Of a DNA stretch of 64,000 nucleotides, positions 36,113 to 48,302 are shown in pieces (position 1 is the stretch's first letter; each line of letters opens with the position of its first letter). This DNA is from an uncultured Candidatus Rokubacteria bacterium (GTDB lineage: Bacteria > Methylomirabilota > Methylomirabilia > Rokubacteriales > CSP1-6), in contig CAWBMV010000001.1 of NCBI GenBank assembly GCA_963789955.1, positions 704,001 to 768,000 of the forward strand, written 5' to 3'. The notes under the pieces were generated by a model. That model searched no databases, was not told where the DNA came from, and saw nothing but the letters and a program-made list of their open reading frames with translations. The translations under genes and the position numbers were made by a program.

Positions 36113-36725
36113 ATGCGACGGCTGGCGTTGCTCCTCACGGCCATTCTGCTCGTGCTGCCGTGGCCGGTGCCTGCCGACGCTCAGATCTACCGCTGGGTCG
36201 ACGAGAACGGCGTCCCGCATTTCGCCGACGGGATCGACAGCGTTCCCGGCCCCTATCGCTCGAAGGCGGTGCCGCTCGGCATGAAGAACGCGCCGGCCCC
36301 GCCGGCGGCGCCTCGCCGGCGCGGCGGCCCCCAAGCCCGCGTCGGGCGAGGCGACGATTCGCTTCACCCCGGGTCAGCGCATCCTGGTCGACGTGCGCGT
36401 CAACGGCAACGCCGACGCGAAGCTCATGCTCGACACGGGCTCCGACAAGACGCTGATCAGCCCGCGCGCGCTCCAGGCGGCCGGCGTGCGTATCACCGGA
36501 TCGACGACGAGCGCCGAGGTCGCGGGCGCGACGGGAACCGGCCGGATGCAGTTCGTCGAGGTCGACAGCCTCGAGATCGGCGAGGCGCGCGTCGGCCGCA
36601 TGCCCGTGGCTTCGCAGGACGTGCCGATCGAAGGCGCCGACGGCGTGCTCGGGCGTGACTTCCTCGATCAGTTCAACGTGAACATCGACGGCGGGAAGGG
36701 CGTGGTGACGCTCTCGCCCAGATAG
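36113..36725 (+). CDS. Secreted DUF4124 + retropepsin-like aspartyl protease (frameshift near 36320)
   Basis: Signal peptide, [23 protein letters not shown] and GVLGRDFL. Confidence 0.8.
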
Positions 36726-36763
36726 CTCGCCGCCCTCCCTGTGGTACGATGACGCTTCGGGTC

Positions 36764-39602
36764 ATGGACTACAAGGCCACGCTAAATCTGCCGAAAACCG
36801 CCTTCCCGATGAAGGCGAACCTGCCGAAGACCGAACCCGAGATGCTCGCGTGGTGGGAGTCGTTCGGAATCTACAAGCGCGTGCGTCAAGCCTCGGCCGG
36901 CCGTCCAGTCTGGATCCTGCACGACGGACCTCCGTACGCCGAACGGCCACATCCATCTCGGGACGATGCTGAACAAGGTCCTGAAGGACGTGATCGTCAA
37001 GTCGCGCTCGATGTCCGGCTTCAACGCGGTCTACGTGCCGGGCTGGGATTGTCACGGCCTTCCGATCGAGCATCAGGTCGACAAGGAGCTCGGCCTCGAC
37101 AAGGCCGGGATCGACGTGCGTAACGCGATGGATCCGATCGAGAAGCGCCGCAAGTGCCGCGAATACGCGAACCGCTTCATCGACATCCAGCGGAGCGAGT
37201 TCAGGCGCCTGGGCGTGTTCGGCGACTGGGACAACCCGTACATCACGATGGATCCGGCGTACGAGGCGGTCATCGCGCGCGAGCTCGGCCGCTTCGTCGG
37301 GCGCGGCCTCGTGTACAAGGACCTGAAGCCCGTCCACTGGTGCATGCACTGTCGGACCGCGCTCGCGCAGGCCGAGGTCGAGTACGAGGATCAGAAGACG
37401 CCGTCGGTGTGGGTCAAGTTCCCGCTGACGTCGATGCCGGCCGAGTTCCAGTCGGTGCTCGGCGGCCGTCGCGCCTTCGCGGTGATCTGGACCACGACGC
37501 CGTGGACGCTTCCGGCGAACCTCGCCATCGCCGTCCATCCCGCGCAGGAGTACGTCGCGCTCGCGCGCGGCCCGGAGGTCTACGTCGTGGCGCGGGCGCT
37601 CCTGGACGACTTTCTCCGCCTGTTCCCGGACCGTGAGCACACCGTCCTGGCGAGCGTGTCGGGCGACAAGCTCGTCGGCCACGGGTTCCGTCATCCGTGG
37701 ATCGCGCGCGAGGGAAAGATCGCGGCCGCGGAGTTCGTCGGAGTGGACCAGGGGACCGGGCTCGTCCACATCGCGCCCGGCCACGGCGAGGAAGACTACG
37801 AGCTGGGGAAATCGCTCGGCCTCAAGATCTACAACCCGGTGGACGACGCCGGGCGATTCGCCGCCGACGTGGAGCACTTCGCGGGGCTCACGGTGTGGGA
37901 CGCGAATCCCAAGATCATCGAGCATCTCAAGAGCGTGGGGATGCTGATCGCGCAGCGGCCGCTCGATCACACCTATCCCCACTGCTGGCGGTGCAAGAAC
38001 CCGACGCTGTTCCGCGCGACGGAGCAGTGGTTCATCGATCTCAACAAGGGAGGGTTTCGCGCGGCCGCCCTCGAGGCGATCAAGCGCGACATCCAGTGGA
38101 TCCCGCCCTGGGGCGAGGACCGCATCTACAACATGGTGGCGCATCGCCTGGAATGGGTCATCTCGCGCCAGCGGGTCTGGGGCGTGCCGATCGTCGCGTT
38201 CTATTGCACCGGCTGCGAGACGCTCCTGCTCGAGGAGCGGATCGTCGAGCACGTCGCGACGATCTTCCGCCAGGGCCGCGGCGGTGACGAGTGGTACGCG
38301 CGCGAGGCGCGCGACCTCTTGCCGCCGGGCACCCGATGCGCGAAATGCAACGGCGAGAGCTTCCGCAAAGAGACCGACATCCTCGACGTCTGGTTCGACT
38401 CCGGCTGCAGCCACGCGGCGGTGCTCGAAACGCGTCCCGAGCTCCACTGGCCGGCCGAGCTCTACCTGGAAGGCTCGGACCAGCACCGCGGGTGGTTTCA
38501 GTCCTCGCTGCTCGAGTCGATCGGCACGCGTGACGCGCCGCCCTACAAGAGCGTCGTGACCCACGGCTTCTTCGTCGACGGCGAGGGCCGGAAGATGTCG
38601 AAGTCACTCGGCAACGTGATCTCGCTCGACGAGGTCCTGCCGAAGTTCGGCGCCGAGGTCTTGCGCCTGTGGGTGGCGGCCGAGGACTACACGCAGGACA
38701 TCCGCGTGTCGATGGAGATCCTGGACCGGCTCGCCGACGCCTACCGGCGGATGCGCAACACGTTCCGCTTCCTGCTCGGCAACCTCGGCGATTTCGATCC
38801 CGCGCGGGACCGCCAGTCGTCCGCGCGGCTGGACGAGGTCGATCGCTGGGTCCTCGATCGCCTCGCGCGCCTGATCGCCCGCGTCCGGCGCGCCTACGAC
38901 GAGTACGAGTTCCACACCGTCTTCCACGCCGTGCACAATTTCTGCGCGGTCGATCTGTCGGCGCTCTATCTCGACATCATCAAGGACCGGCTCTACACCT
39001 CGCTGCCCGACGATCCGCGGCGGCGCGCGGCGCAGACCGTGTGCTTCGACGTCTTCGGCGCGCTCGCGCGGCTCATGGCGCCCATCCTCACGTTCACGTC
39101 CGAGGAAGCGTGGCGCCACATGCCCGGCGTCCACAGCGAGAGCGTGCACCTCGAGCGGTTCCCCGACGCCGCGCGGGACTGGCTCGACGACACGCTCAAG
39201 CGCGACTGGGACCGGCTGCTCGAGGTGCGCCGCGAGGTGGCCAAGGCGCTGGAGACCGCGCGAGCCGAGAAGCTGATCGGGAGCGGGCTCGAGGCCGCGG
39301 TGCGCATCGCGAGTGCCCCGGAGGACCTGCCGGCGCTCCTGCGCGCCAAGCGCGAGATCTTGCCGACGGTCTTCATCGTGTCGCGCGTGGACCTCGATCG
39401 CGCCGGCACGCGCGCGAGCATCACCTACGAGAGCCAGGACATTCCCGGGCTCGTCATCGGCGTCGACCGGGCGCGCGGCGAGAAGTGCGAGCGCTGCTGG
39501 ACGCGGAGCGAGCACGTCGGCGAGAGCCGCGAGCATCCCACGCTCTGCGAGCGCTGCGTTCCGATCGTCACGCGGCTGAGTGGTTCCGGCAATCCGCGCT
39601 GA
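36764..39602 (+). CDS. ileS: Isoleucine--tRNA ligase type 1 (frameshift near 36941)
   Basis: [54 protein letters not shown]-terminal CERC..CERC. Confidence 0.97.
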
Positions 39603-40092
39603 CCGGTCCCGTCTCGGGCGCGTCGTCGCGATCGCGGCCGTCGTCGTCGTCCTCGACCAGATCACCAAGCTGATCGTGCTCAATCGCCTGATCCTGGGCG
39701 TCCCGGTGGTCCTCGTCGACGGCTTCTTCGCCCTGACGCTCGTCATGAATACCGGGCTCGCGTTCGGGCTGCTGTCCGGGATCCCGGCGAGCTGGCGCTG
39801 GGTCGTCGGCGTGCTCTCGCTGGTGGCGCTCGTCGTCCTGCTCCGCGTGGCGCTGCGAATCCTGCCGAGCGGAGGGTGGCGCGAGCAGTCCGCGATCGGC
39901 CTCATCTTCGGCGGGGCGGTCGGGAACTTGATCGACCGGACGCGCTTCGGCGCCGTGGTCGACTTCGTCGACGTGTACGTTCGCGACTGGCACTGGCCGG
40001 CCTTCAACGTCGCCGACTCGGCGATCACGGTGGGCGTCGCGGCCCTGGCGCTCGTCGTGATGATCGAGCGGTCGCCCTCCGCAGGCCCCTGA
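39580..40092 (+). CDS. lspA: Lipoprotein signal peptidase II
   Basis: [34 protein letters not shown]. Confidence 0.95.
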   Translation: MVPAIRADRSRLGRVVAIAAVVVVLDQITKLIVLNRLILGVPVVLVDGFFALTLVMNTGLAFGLLSGIPASWRWVVGVLSLVALVVLLRVALRILPSGGWREQSAIGLIFGGAVGNLIDRTRFGAVVDFVDVYVRDWHWPAFNVADSAITVGVAALALVVMIERSPSAGP

Positions 40093-40096
40093 GGCC

Positions 40097-41016
40097 GTGA
40101 CGGTGCTCACGGTCGAGCCCGCGTCGGCCGGCGCCAGGCTCGACCGCTGGCTCAGCGAACGGCTGACCGATCTCTCGCGGGCGCGGCTGCAGTCGCTGAT
40201 TCGCGGCGGACTCGTGCGGGTCGACGGGGCCGCCTCCAAGGCCGCGCATCGGCTGCGCGGCGGCGAGCGGGTCGAGATCGAAGTGCCGCCTCCCGCCGAC
40301 GAAACGCTGACCCCCGAGTCGGTTCCGCTCTCGATCGTGTACGAGGACCCTCACGTGCTCGTCGTCGACAAACCGGCCGGCATGGTCGTCCATCCCGGCG
40401 CGGGCCGCTCGGGGGGACGCTCGCGGCGGCGATTCTCGCGCACGCGCCGACCACCGCCGGTGTCGGAGGACCGCGGCGTCCCGGTATCGTCCACCGGCTC
40501 GACAAGGACACGTCGGGGCTGCTCGTCGTGGCCAAGACCCCGCAGGCCTACGACGATCTGGTGGAGCAGTTGGCCGCCCGCACGGTGACGCGCCGCTATC
40601 TCGCCGTCGTGCACGGGCGCGTGCGGGCCAACGAAGCGGTGGTCGACGCGCCGATCGGGCGCCATCCGACCGATCGGGTGAAGATGGCGATCCGTCCGGC
40701 CGGCCGAGGCAAGCGCGCGGTCACCCGCTATCGCGTGCTCGAGCGCTTTGCCGACTTCACGTTGCTGGAGGTTCGCCTCGAGACCGGGCGTACCCACCAG
40801 ATTCGCGTCCATCTGGCGTCGCTGGGGCACCCGGTCGTCGGCGACTCGGTATATGGAAAGCCCCGTACGCGCTCGCCGATCCCGCTCGACGGCTATGCAC
40901 TCCACGCGACCGGACTCGCGTTTGTCCATCCGGCTTTCCGGAAAGTGATCGAATGCGCCGCGCCGATTCCGGCGCGGATCGAGCGCCTTCTGTTGCATCT
41001 TCGCGACGGCCGATAA
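40097..41016 (+). CDS. rluD: RluA/RluD family pseudouridine synthase (frameshift near 40415)
   Basis: S4 domain RLDRWL, DKPAGMVVHPG, HRLDKDTSG, LETGRTHQIRVH. Confidence 0.92.
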
Positions 41017-41091
41017 GGGCGGGCCTGACGCGTTTTTGGGGTAAACCCTGATTGTGACTCGGGTGGTCCAGGGTAGAATGATTGATACCCG

Positions 41092-42465
41092 ATGAGCCAG
41101 GTGACCGCTGTCATTCTCGCTGCTGGCGAAGGCAAGCGCATGCGCTCGCGGCAGCCCAAAGTGCTCCACCCCCTCTGCGGTCGCCCCCTGATCGCCTACC
41201 CGCTTCGTACCGCCCGAGCGCTGGCCGACCGGATCGTGCTCGTCGTGGGACCCAACGCCGACGCGGTCGTGGAGCTGGCCGGAGCCGACGTGCGGGCGGT
41301 GGTCCAGCGCGAGCGGCTCGGGAGCGGACACGCCGTCCAGCAGGCTCAGGCCGAATGCGGTGACGGAACCATCCTCGTCCTCCCCGGAGACATGCCGCTT
41401 CTGTCCGTGGAGACGATCGGCCGCCTGGTCGACCACCATCGAAAGAGTCGCGCCGCCGCGACGGTGCTGACCGCCGTCGTCGCCGCCCCGCAGGGCTACG
41501 GGCGCGTCGTGCGCAAGGGGGGGCGCGTCAAGCGAATCGTCGAGGATCGGGACGCGACCGCCGCCGAGAAGAAGATCGGCGAGATCAACACCTCGGTGTA
41601 CTGCTTCGCGGCCTCGCGGCTCTGGCAAGCGCTCGGCAAGGTGCGCGCCGACAACGACCAGGGCGAGTACTACCTGACGGACGTGATCGGCATCCTCGCC
41701 CGCGCCGGCGCGCGCGTCGACGCGGTCGTGACGCCGGATCCCGGCGAGGCCGCCGGTGTGAACGACCGCAAGCAGCTCGCCGCGGTGGCCGCCGTCCAGC
41801 GCCGCCGGATCCTCGACCGGCTGATGGAGAGCGGCGTCACCATTCTCGACCCGGCCAGCACGTACATCGAGGACACCGTGACGATCGATCCCGACACGAC
41901 GATCTATCCCCAGGTGGTGATCGAGGGGCAGTCGTCCATCGGCGGCGAGTGCGTCATCGGGGTCGGCTGTCACGTGAGCTCGTCTCGCATCGCCGAGCGC
42001 GTGACGTTGCTGCCGTACTGCGTGGTGCGGGAATCGGCGATCGACGAGGCCGCGACCTTGGGCCCGTTCTGCCATCTGCGGCCGTTGGCGCACGTCGGAC
42101 CGAAGGCGAAGATCGGCAACTTCGTCGAGCTCAAGAAGTCGACGATCGGGCGCGGGTCGAAGGTGCCGCACCTCTCCTACGTCGGCGACGCGACGGTGGG
42201 CGAGGGCGTCAACGTCGGCGCCGGCACGATCACGTGCAACTACGACGGCGTCAACAAGCACGAGACCAAGATCGGCGATCGAGCGTTCATCGGCACGAAC
42301 ACGAGCCTCGTCGCCCCCGTCACGATCGGCGAGGGCGCCTACATCGGAGCAGGCTCCACGATCACCAAGGACGTCCCACCGGGAGCCCTCGCTGTTGGAC
42401 GCGCTCAGCAGGTCGTCAAGGACGGCTGGGCGGCGCGGAAAGCCAAGAAGCGCGAGGAGCACTGA
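41092..42465 (+). CDS. glmU: Bifunctional UDP-GlcNAc pyrophosphorylase/acetyltransferase
   Basis: ILAAGEGKRMRS..PKVLH, EYYLTD, GNFVELK, HLSYVGD, CNYDG. Confidence 0.97.
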   Translation: MSQVTAVILAAGEGKRMRSRQPKVLHPLCGRPLIAYPLRTARALADRIVLVVGPNADAVVELAGADVRAVVQRERLGSGHAVQQAQAECGDGTILVLPGDMPLLSVETIGRLVDHHRKSRAAATVLTAVVAAPQGYGRVVRKGGRVKRIVEDRDATAAEKKIGEINTSVYCFAASRLWQALGKVRADNDQGEYYLTDVIGILARAGARVDAVVTPDPGEAAGVNDRKQLAAVAAVQRRRILDRLMESGVTILDPASTYIEDTVTIDPDTTIYPQVVIEGQSSIGGECVIGVGCHVSSSRIAERVTLLPYCVVRESAIDEAATLGPFCHLRPLAHVGPKAKIGNFVELKKSTIGRGSKVPHLSYVGDATVGEGVNVGAGTITCNYDGVNKHETKIGDRAFIGTNTSLVAPVTIGEGAYIGAGSTITKDVPPGALAVGRAQQVVKDGWAARKAKKREEH

Positions 42466-42473
42466 GGTCAGCC

Positions 42474-44312
42474 ATGTGTGGAATCGTCGGATACGTCGGG
42501 GACAAGAGCGCGGTCGGCATCATCGTCGAGGGACTGAAGCGACTCGAGTATCGCGGCTACGACTCCGCGGGCATCGCGGTCCTCAACGACGGCACCCTGC
42601 ACGTGCGCCGCGCCGCCGGCCGGCTCAAGAATCTCGAAGGTGTCCTCGGTGAGCGGCCGCTGACGGGCTCGCTCGGCATCGGTCACACCCGCTGGGCGAC
42701 TCACGGCCGTCCGTCCGAAGAGAACGCCCATCCGCACACCGACTGTGACGGCTCGCTCGTCGTCGTCCACAACGGGATCATCGAGAACTATCTCGAGATC
42801 AAGGATCACCTCCTGTCCGACGGGCACCGGTTCAAGTCGGAAACCGATACCGAGGTCCTCGCCCATCTGATCGAGCACCACCTGCGCGGCACCCGTCGCC
42901 TCGACCAGGCGGTCAAAGCCGCGCTGAAAGAGGTCAGAGGATCGTACGCGCTCGGCGTCGTCTGCACCGCGGCACCGGATCGCCTGGTCGCCGCCAAGCA
43001 GGGCGCCGGCAGCGTCGTCGTCGGGCTGGGACAAGGCGAGATGTTCGTCGCCTCCGACATTCCCGCGATCCTGTCCCACACGCGCGACATCGTGGTGCTC
43101 GAGGACGACGAGGTGGCGGTCGTCACCGCTGATTCGGTCGAGCTCTCGACCGTCGACGGTGAGCCGATTCGCCGCGCGCCGGTGCGGATCTCGTGGGATC
43201 CGATCATGGCCGAGAAGGGCGGCTACCGGCACTTCATGCTCAAGGAGATGCACGAGCAGCCGCGCGCCATCACCGACACGTTCCGGGGGCGGATCGCGCC
43301 CGAGACCGGCAACGTGGTCCTGCCGGACGTGAGCCTGGCGCCGGACACCGTGCGCGGCATCGAGCGTGTGGTCCTCGTCGCGTGCGGCACGGCGTTCCAC
43401 GCGGCGATGCTCGGCCGCACGATGCTGGAGAAGCTCGCCGGCATCCCGTCGGAGATCGACCTCGGCAGCGAGTTCCGCTATCGCGATGCGCTGATCGGTC
43501 CCGAGACCCTGGTGGTCGCGATCTCCCAGTCGGGCGAGACCGCCGACACCCTGGGCGCCGTCAAGGCCGCCCGGCTCAAGGGCTGCCCGATCCTCGCGAT
43601 CACGAACGTCGTGGGCTCGGCCCTGGCGCGTGAGGCGACGGGCGTCCTCTACATGCACGCGGGCCCGGAGATCGGGGTCGCCTCCACCAAGGCGTTCGCC
43701 ACGATGATCGTCGCGACGTACCTCCTCGGCCTCTGGCTCGGCCGCCAGCGCGGCGCCATCACCGCCGAGGACGTGAAGAAGCGGATCCACGACCTCGTCG
43801 AGATTCCCCGCCTCGTCGAGAAGACGCTCGAGCTCGACGGTCAGATCGCGGCGATGGCCCGCGACCTCGTCGGGGCGCGCGACTTCCTCTATCTCGGCCG
43901 CGGCGTCCAGTTCCCGATCGCCCTGGAAGGCGCGCTCAAGCTGAAGGAGCTTTCGTACATCCACGCCGAAGGCTACGCCGGCGGCGAGATGAAGCACGGT
44001 CCCATCGCCCTCATCGCCGACAACTTGCCGGTGGTCGCCCTGGCGCCCCGCGACGGCTCCTACGAGCGCATGCTCGGCAACATCGAGGAAGTGCGCGCCC
44101 GCGACGGGCAGGTGATCGCGGTCGTGCACGCCGGCGACCGGGCCGTCGCCTCGAAGGCCCAGCACGTGATCGAGGTGCCCGCCTGCGCCGACCTGCTGGC
44201 GCCGCTGATCACGGTGATCCCGCTCCAGCTCCTCGCGTACCACATCGCGGTGCGCCTGGGCTGCGACGTGGATCAGCCGCGAAACCTCGCGAAGAGCGTC
44301 ACGGTCGAGTAG
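42474..44312 (+). CDS. glmS: Glutamine--fructose-6-phosphate aminotransferase
   Basis: MCGIVG, LEYRGYDSAG, GHTRWATHG, SQSGETADT, PRNLAKSVTVE. Confidence 0.98.
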   Translation: MCGIVGYVGDKSAVGIIVEGLKRLEYRGYDSAGIAVLNDGTLHVRRAAGRLKNLEGVLGERPLTGSLGIGHTRWATHGRPSEENAHPHTDCDGSLVVVHNGIIENYLEIKDHLLSDGHRFKSETDTEVLAHLIEHHLRGTRRLDQAVKAALKEVRGSYALGVVCTAAPDRLVAAKQGAGSVVVGLGQGEMFVASDIPAILSHTRDIVVLEDDEVAVVTADSVELSTVDGEPIRRAPVRISWDPIMAEKGGYRHFMLKEMHEQPRAITDTFRGRIAPETGNVVLPDVSLAPDTVRGIERVVLVACGTAFHAAMLGRTMLEKLAGIPSEIDLGSEFRYRDALIGPETLVVAISQSGETADTLGAVKAARLKGCPILAITNVVGSALAREATGVLYMHAGPEIGVASTKAFATMIVATYLLGLWLGRQRGAITAEDVKKRIHDLVEIPRLVEKTLELDGQIAAMARDLVGARDFLYLGRGVQFPIALEGALKLKELSYIHAEGYAGGEMKHGPIALIADNLPVVALAPRDGSYERMLGNIEEVRARDGQVIAVVHAGDRAVASKAQHVIEVPACADLLAPLITVIPLQLLAYHIAVRLGCDVDQPRNLAKSVTVE

Positions 44313-44324
44313 CCCAAGATCCCG

Positions 44325-44353
44325 GCCGGGCGGCGATCGCGTCGCCGCCCGGC
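44325..44353 (+). terminator. GC hairpin after glmS (weak U-tract)
   Basis: GCCGGGCGGCGA-TCGCG-TCGCCGCCCGGC then GTTCGTATT. Confidence 0.5.
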
Positions 44354-44360
44354 GTTCGTA

Positions 44361-44389
44361 TTGGCGGGGCCCCGATCGCCCGGTACAAT
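44361..44389 (+). promoter_or_regulatory. Sigma70 promoter of pcrA, predicted leaderless
   Basis: TTGGCG-17 nt-TACAAT, 6 nt before the GTG start. Confidence 0.6.
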
Positions 44390-44395
44390 CGACCG

Positions 44396-46562
44396 GTGCC
44401 TGCCGAGCTCAAGCGCCTCCTCGACGATCTGAATCCCCCTCAGCGCGAAGCCGTCACCGCCGCCGACGGGCCGCTCCTCGTCCTCGCGGGGGCCGGCAGC
44501 GGCAAGACGCGGGTCATCGCCTACCGGATCGCCTGGCTCACCGGCGAGCTCGGCGTGTCGCCGCGGAACCTCCTGGCGGTCACGTTCACCAACAAGGCCG
44601 CGGGCGAGATGGCCCGCCGGGTCGAGTCGCTGCTGCTGCCGGTCGGGCTGAAGGCGCCGCTCATCGCGACGTTTCACTCGGCGTGCGTCCGGATCCTGCG
44701 CCAGCACGGCAAGCACATCGGGCTGCCGCCGCACTTCGTGATCTACGACGAGGACGACCGCGAGAGCCTGGTCAAGGAGTGCATGAAGGAGCTCGACCTG
44801 GCCGATCGCGCCACGACGCCGGGCACGGTCACCCAGCGCATCAGCTACTGGAAGAACCACATGATGGGCGTCGATTCGGCCACGCCACGCGGCGCGCGGG
44901 CCGTGGGAAGCGAAGATCGCGCACGTCTACGCGCAAGCTACGAGGAGCGCCTGCGCGCGGTCGGCGCCGTCGACTTCGACGACCTGCTCCTCAAGACCGT
45001 GCAGCTCTTCCAGGACGTGCCCGAGGCGCGTCGCCTGGTATCGCGGCCTCTGGCGCCACGTCCTCGTCGACGAGTACCAGGACACGAACCGCGCCCAGTA
45101 CCGGATCATCCGGCTCCTGACCGGCGAGCATCGGAACGTCTGCGTGGTGGGCGATCCCGATCAGTCGGTCTACCGCTGGCGCGGCGCCGACATCCGCAAC
45201 ATCCTCGATTTCGAAAAGGACTATCCGGGTACGCGCGTGGTGAAGCTCGAGCAGAACTATCGCTCGACCCAGCGGATCCTCTCGCTGGCCGCGGCCGTCA
45301 TCGACCACAACCGTCAGCGCAAGGAGAAGACGCTCTGGACCGAGAACGCCGAGGGCGATCCGCCGAAGGTCTATCGCGGCTGGGACGAGCACGAGGAGGC
45401 GAACTTCGTCGCCCAGGCGATTCTCGGCCTGCGCGGCGAGGGCGTGCCGTGGAGCGGTGTGGCCGTCTTCTACCGCACGAACGCGCAGTCCCGCGTGCTC
45501 GAGGACGCGATGCGCCGGGCGCGCATCCCGTACGGGATCGTCGGCGGCGTCCGGTTCTACGAGCGCAAGGAAATCAAGGACGCGCTGGCGTACGTGCGCC
45601 TCGCGGTCAATCCGAACGACGACGTGGCCTTTCGCCGCGCGACCCAGACGCCGGTCCGCGGCATCGGGCCGGCGACGCTCGCCCGCCTGGACGAGGCGCG
45701 GGCGGGCCGGGGCCTGCTCGCCGTCGCCGCCGAGCCGCCGGCCGCGATCACCGGCAAGGCGCGCCGGTCGCTCGAGGAGTTCGCGTCGCTGATCCGCGGC
45801 CTGGCCGAGGCGCGAGCCACGATGACGTCGCCGGCCTTCATCGATCACCTGCTGACCGTCACGGGGTATCGTGACGCGCTGCGGGTGGAGCGCTCGCCCG
45901 AGGCCGAGGCGCGTCTCGAGAACCTCGAGGAGCTGATCGCCGCCGCCGAGGACTATACGCACGCGGATCCGAGCCCGACGCTCGAGGGATTCCTCGACGG
46001 CGTCGCGCTCGTGGCCGACATCGACGAGCTGAAGGACGAGGGCGCGCGCGTCACGATGATGACGCTCCACTCGGCCAAGGGGCTCGAGTTTCCGGCGGTG
46101 TTCCTGACGGGCATGGAGGAGGGCGTGTTTCCGCACGCCCGGTCGATGAACGACGAGGACGAGATCGAGGAGGAGCGCCGTCTCTGCTACGTGGGCGTGA
46201 CGCGCGCCCGCGAGCGGCTCTATCTGTCGTACGCGCTCCATCGCCGGATCCACGGCTACGGCGTCGGCGAGCCCTCGAGGTTTCTCCGCGAGATGCCGGA
46301 GAACCAGCTCGTCTCGCTGAACGCGCGGCGTGAGCCGCCGCCCGGCTTCGCCGAGGACGCGGCGGCCTACGCCGCGGCCGCCGAGACGGTCGGCGAGGAC
46401 CTGCCGTTCCGCGTCGGAGCCCGCGTGCGTCACGCGCGCTTCGGCGAGGGCCTGGTGGTGGGCATCGAGCGAGACGGGTCCGACTACGTCGTGACGGTCG
46501 GGTTCGCGAGCGTGGGTCGCAAGCGGCTTTCGGTCCAGTACGCGCATCTCGAGGAGCTGTGA
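44396..46562 (+). CDS. pcrA: PcrA/UvrD DNA helicase (frameshifts at about 44880-45030)
   Basis: LAGAGSGKTRV, TFTNKAA, VDEYQDTN, GDPDQSVYRWRGA, QNYRST, TLHSAKGLEF, EERRLCYVGVTRA. Confidence 0.95.
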
Positions 46563-46566
46563 GGCC

Positions 46567-46854
46567 ATGATCGACCGCAAGGACGTCGAGCACGTCGCGC
46601 GCCTGACACGCCTGGCCCTGACCGACGCGGAGCTCGAGCGGATGCGTGAGCAGCTGAACTCCATTCTCGCCCATCTCGACACGTTGCGCGCGGTCCCCAC
46701 CGAGGGCGTCGAGCCGACGTCGCACGCGGTGGACGTGGTCAACGTGATGCGCGAGGACGACGTGACGCCGTGCCTGCCCCAGTCCGCCGCGCTCGCGAAC
46801 GCGCCGGATCCCAGCGGCGAGTTCTTTCGCGTGCCGCGGATCATCGAGGAGTGA
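46567..46854 (+). CDS. gatC: Asp/Glu-tRNA amidotransferase subunit C
   Basis: [31 protein letters not shown]. Confidence 0.95.
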   Translation: MIDRKDVEHVARLTRLALTDAELERMREQLNSILAHLDTLRAVPTEGVEPTSHAVDVVNVMREDDVTPCLPQSAALANAPDPSGEFFRVPRIIEE

Positions 46855-48302
46855 TGCACCGGCCCATCCACGAGCTGACCGATGCCTTCCGGCGGGGCGA
46901 CCTCACGCCGAGCGCGGTCGCGGAGGCCTATCTCGCGCGGATCGGCGCGCTCGACGGCAAGGTCGGCGCCTATCTCACCGTGGTGCGGGATCAGGCGCTG
47001 GCCGCCGCGCGCGAGTCCGACCAGCGCTGGCGTGCCGGCTCGCCGCGCGGGCCGCTCGACGGGGCGCCGGTGGCCCTCAAGGACGTGATGTGCACGACCG
47101 GTGTCCGGACGACCTGCGGATCGAAGATGCTCGAGCACTTCGTGCCCCCGTACGACGCGACGACCGTCGAGCGACTGCGGGCGGCCGGCGTCGTGATCCT
47201 GGGCAAGACCAACATGGACGAGTTCGCGATGGGCTCGTCCACCGAGCACTCGGCCTTTCACCCGACGCGCAATCCGTGGGACCTGACGCGCGTGCCCGGC
47301 GGCTCGTCCGGCGGCTCGGCCGCGGCGGTGGCCGGCGGGCTCGCGGCCGGCGCCTATGGCAGCGACACCGGCGGCTCGATCCGGCAGCCGGCCGCGTTCT
47401 GCGGCGTCGTCGGCATGAAGCCGACCTACGGCCGCGTGTCGCGCTACGGTCTGGTCGCGCTGGCGTCCTCGCTCGACCAGATCGGCCCCTTCGCCCAGGA
47501 CGTCACCGACGCGGCGCTCCTGCTCGGCGCGGTCGCCGGCCACGACCCGCGCGACGCCACGTCGATCCAGGCGCCGGTGCCCGACTACGCCGCGGAGCTC
47601 TCGAAGGGCGTCGACGGTCTCACGCTCGGGCTGCCCGACGAATACTTCATCGACGGGATGGATCCCGAAGTCGAGCGCGCCGTCAGGGCGGCGATCGACG
47701 TGCTGAAGGGCCTCGGCGCGCGGATCGAGCGCGTCTCCTTGCCGACCACCCGGCACTCGCTGGCGGCGTACTACGTGATCCTTCCCGCCGAGGCGTCGTC
47801 GAACCTGGCGCGATACGACGGCGTTCGGTACGGGCTGCGCGTCGCCGGCCGCGATTTCATCGAGATGCAGAGCAAGACGCGCGCCGCGGGCTTCGGCGCC
47901 GAGGTCAAGCGCCGGATCATGCTCGGCACCTACGCGCTGTCGGCCGGCTACTACGACGCCTACTACGGCAAGGCGCAGAGCGTCCGGACGCTCGTGCGGC
48001 GCGAGTTCGCGGCGGCCTTCGCGAAGGTCGACCTGATCGTCGCGCCGACGACGCCGAACGTCGCGTTCAAGCACGGCGAGAAGGAAGATCCGCTGTCGAT
48101 GTACCTCAACGACGTGTTCACGATTCCGGGCAACCTGTCGGGCATTCCCGGCGTCTCGGTGCCGTGCGGCTTCAGCGCGGCGGGGCTGCCGATCGGTCTG
48201 CAGGTGCTCGGCCGTCCGCTCGACGAGGCCCGCGTGCTGCGCGCGGCCTACGCCTACGAGCAGGCGACCACGTGGCGGTCGCGCCGTCCGGAGCTGCCGT
48301 GA
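46854..48302 (+). CDS. gatA: Asp/Glu-tRNA amidotransferase subunit A
   Basis: [51 protein letters not shown]. Confidence 0.97.
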   Translation: MHRPIHELTDAFRRGDLTPSAVAEAYLARIGALDGKVGAYLTVVRDQALAAARESDQRWRAGSPRGPLDGAPVALKDVMCTTGVRTTCGSKMLEHFVPPYDATTVERLRAAGVVILGKTNMDEFAMGSSTEHSAFHPTRNPWDLTRVPGGSSGGSAAAVAGGLAAGAYGSDTGGSIRQPAAFCGVVGMKPTYGRVSRYGLVALASSLDQIGPFAQDVTDAALLLGAVAGHDPRDATSIQAPVPDYAAELSKGVDGLTLGLPDEYFIDGMDPEVERAVRAAIDVLKGLGARIERVSLPTTRHSLAAYYVILPAEASSNLARYDGVRYGLRVAGRDFIEMQSKTRAAGFGAEVKRRIMLGTYALSAGYYDAYYGKAQSVRTLVRREFAAAFAKVDLIVAPTTPNVAFKHGEKEDPLSMYLNDVFTIPGNLSGIPGVSVPCGFSAAGLPIGLQVLGRPLDEARVLRAAYAYEQATTWRSRRPELP

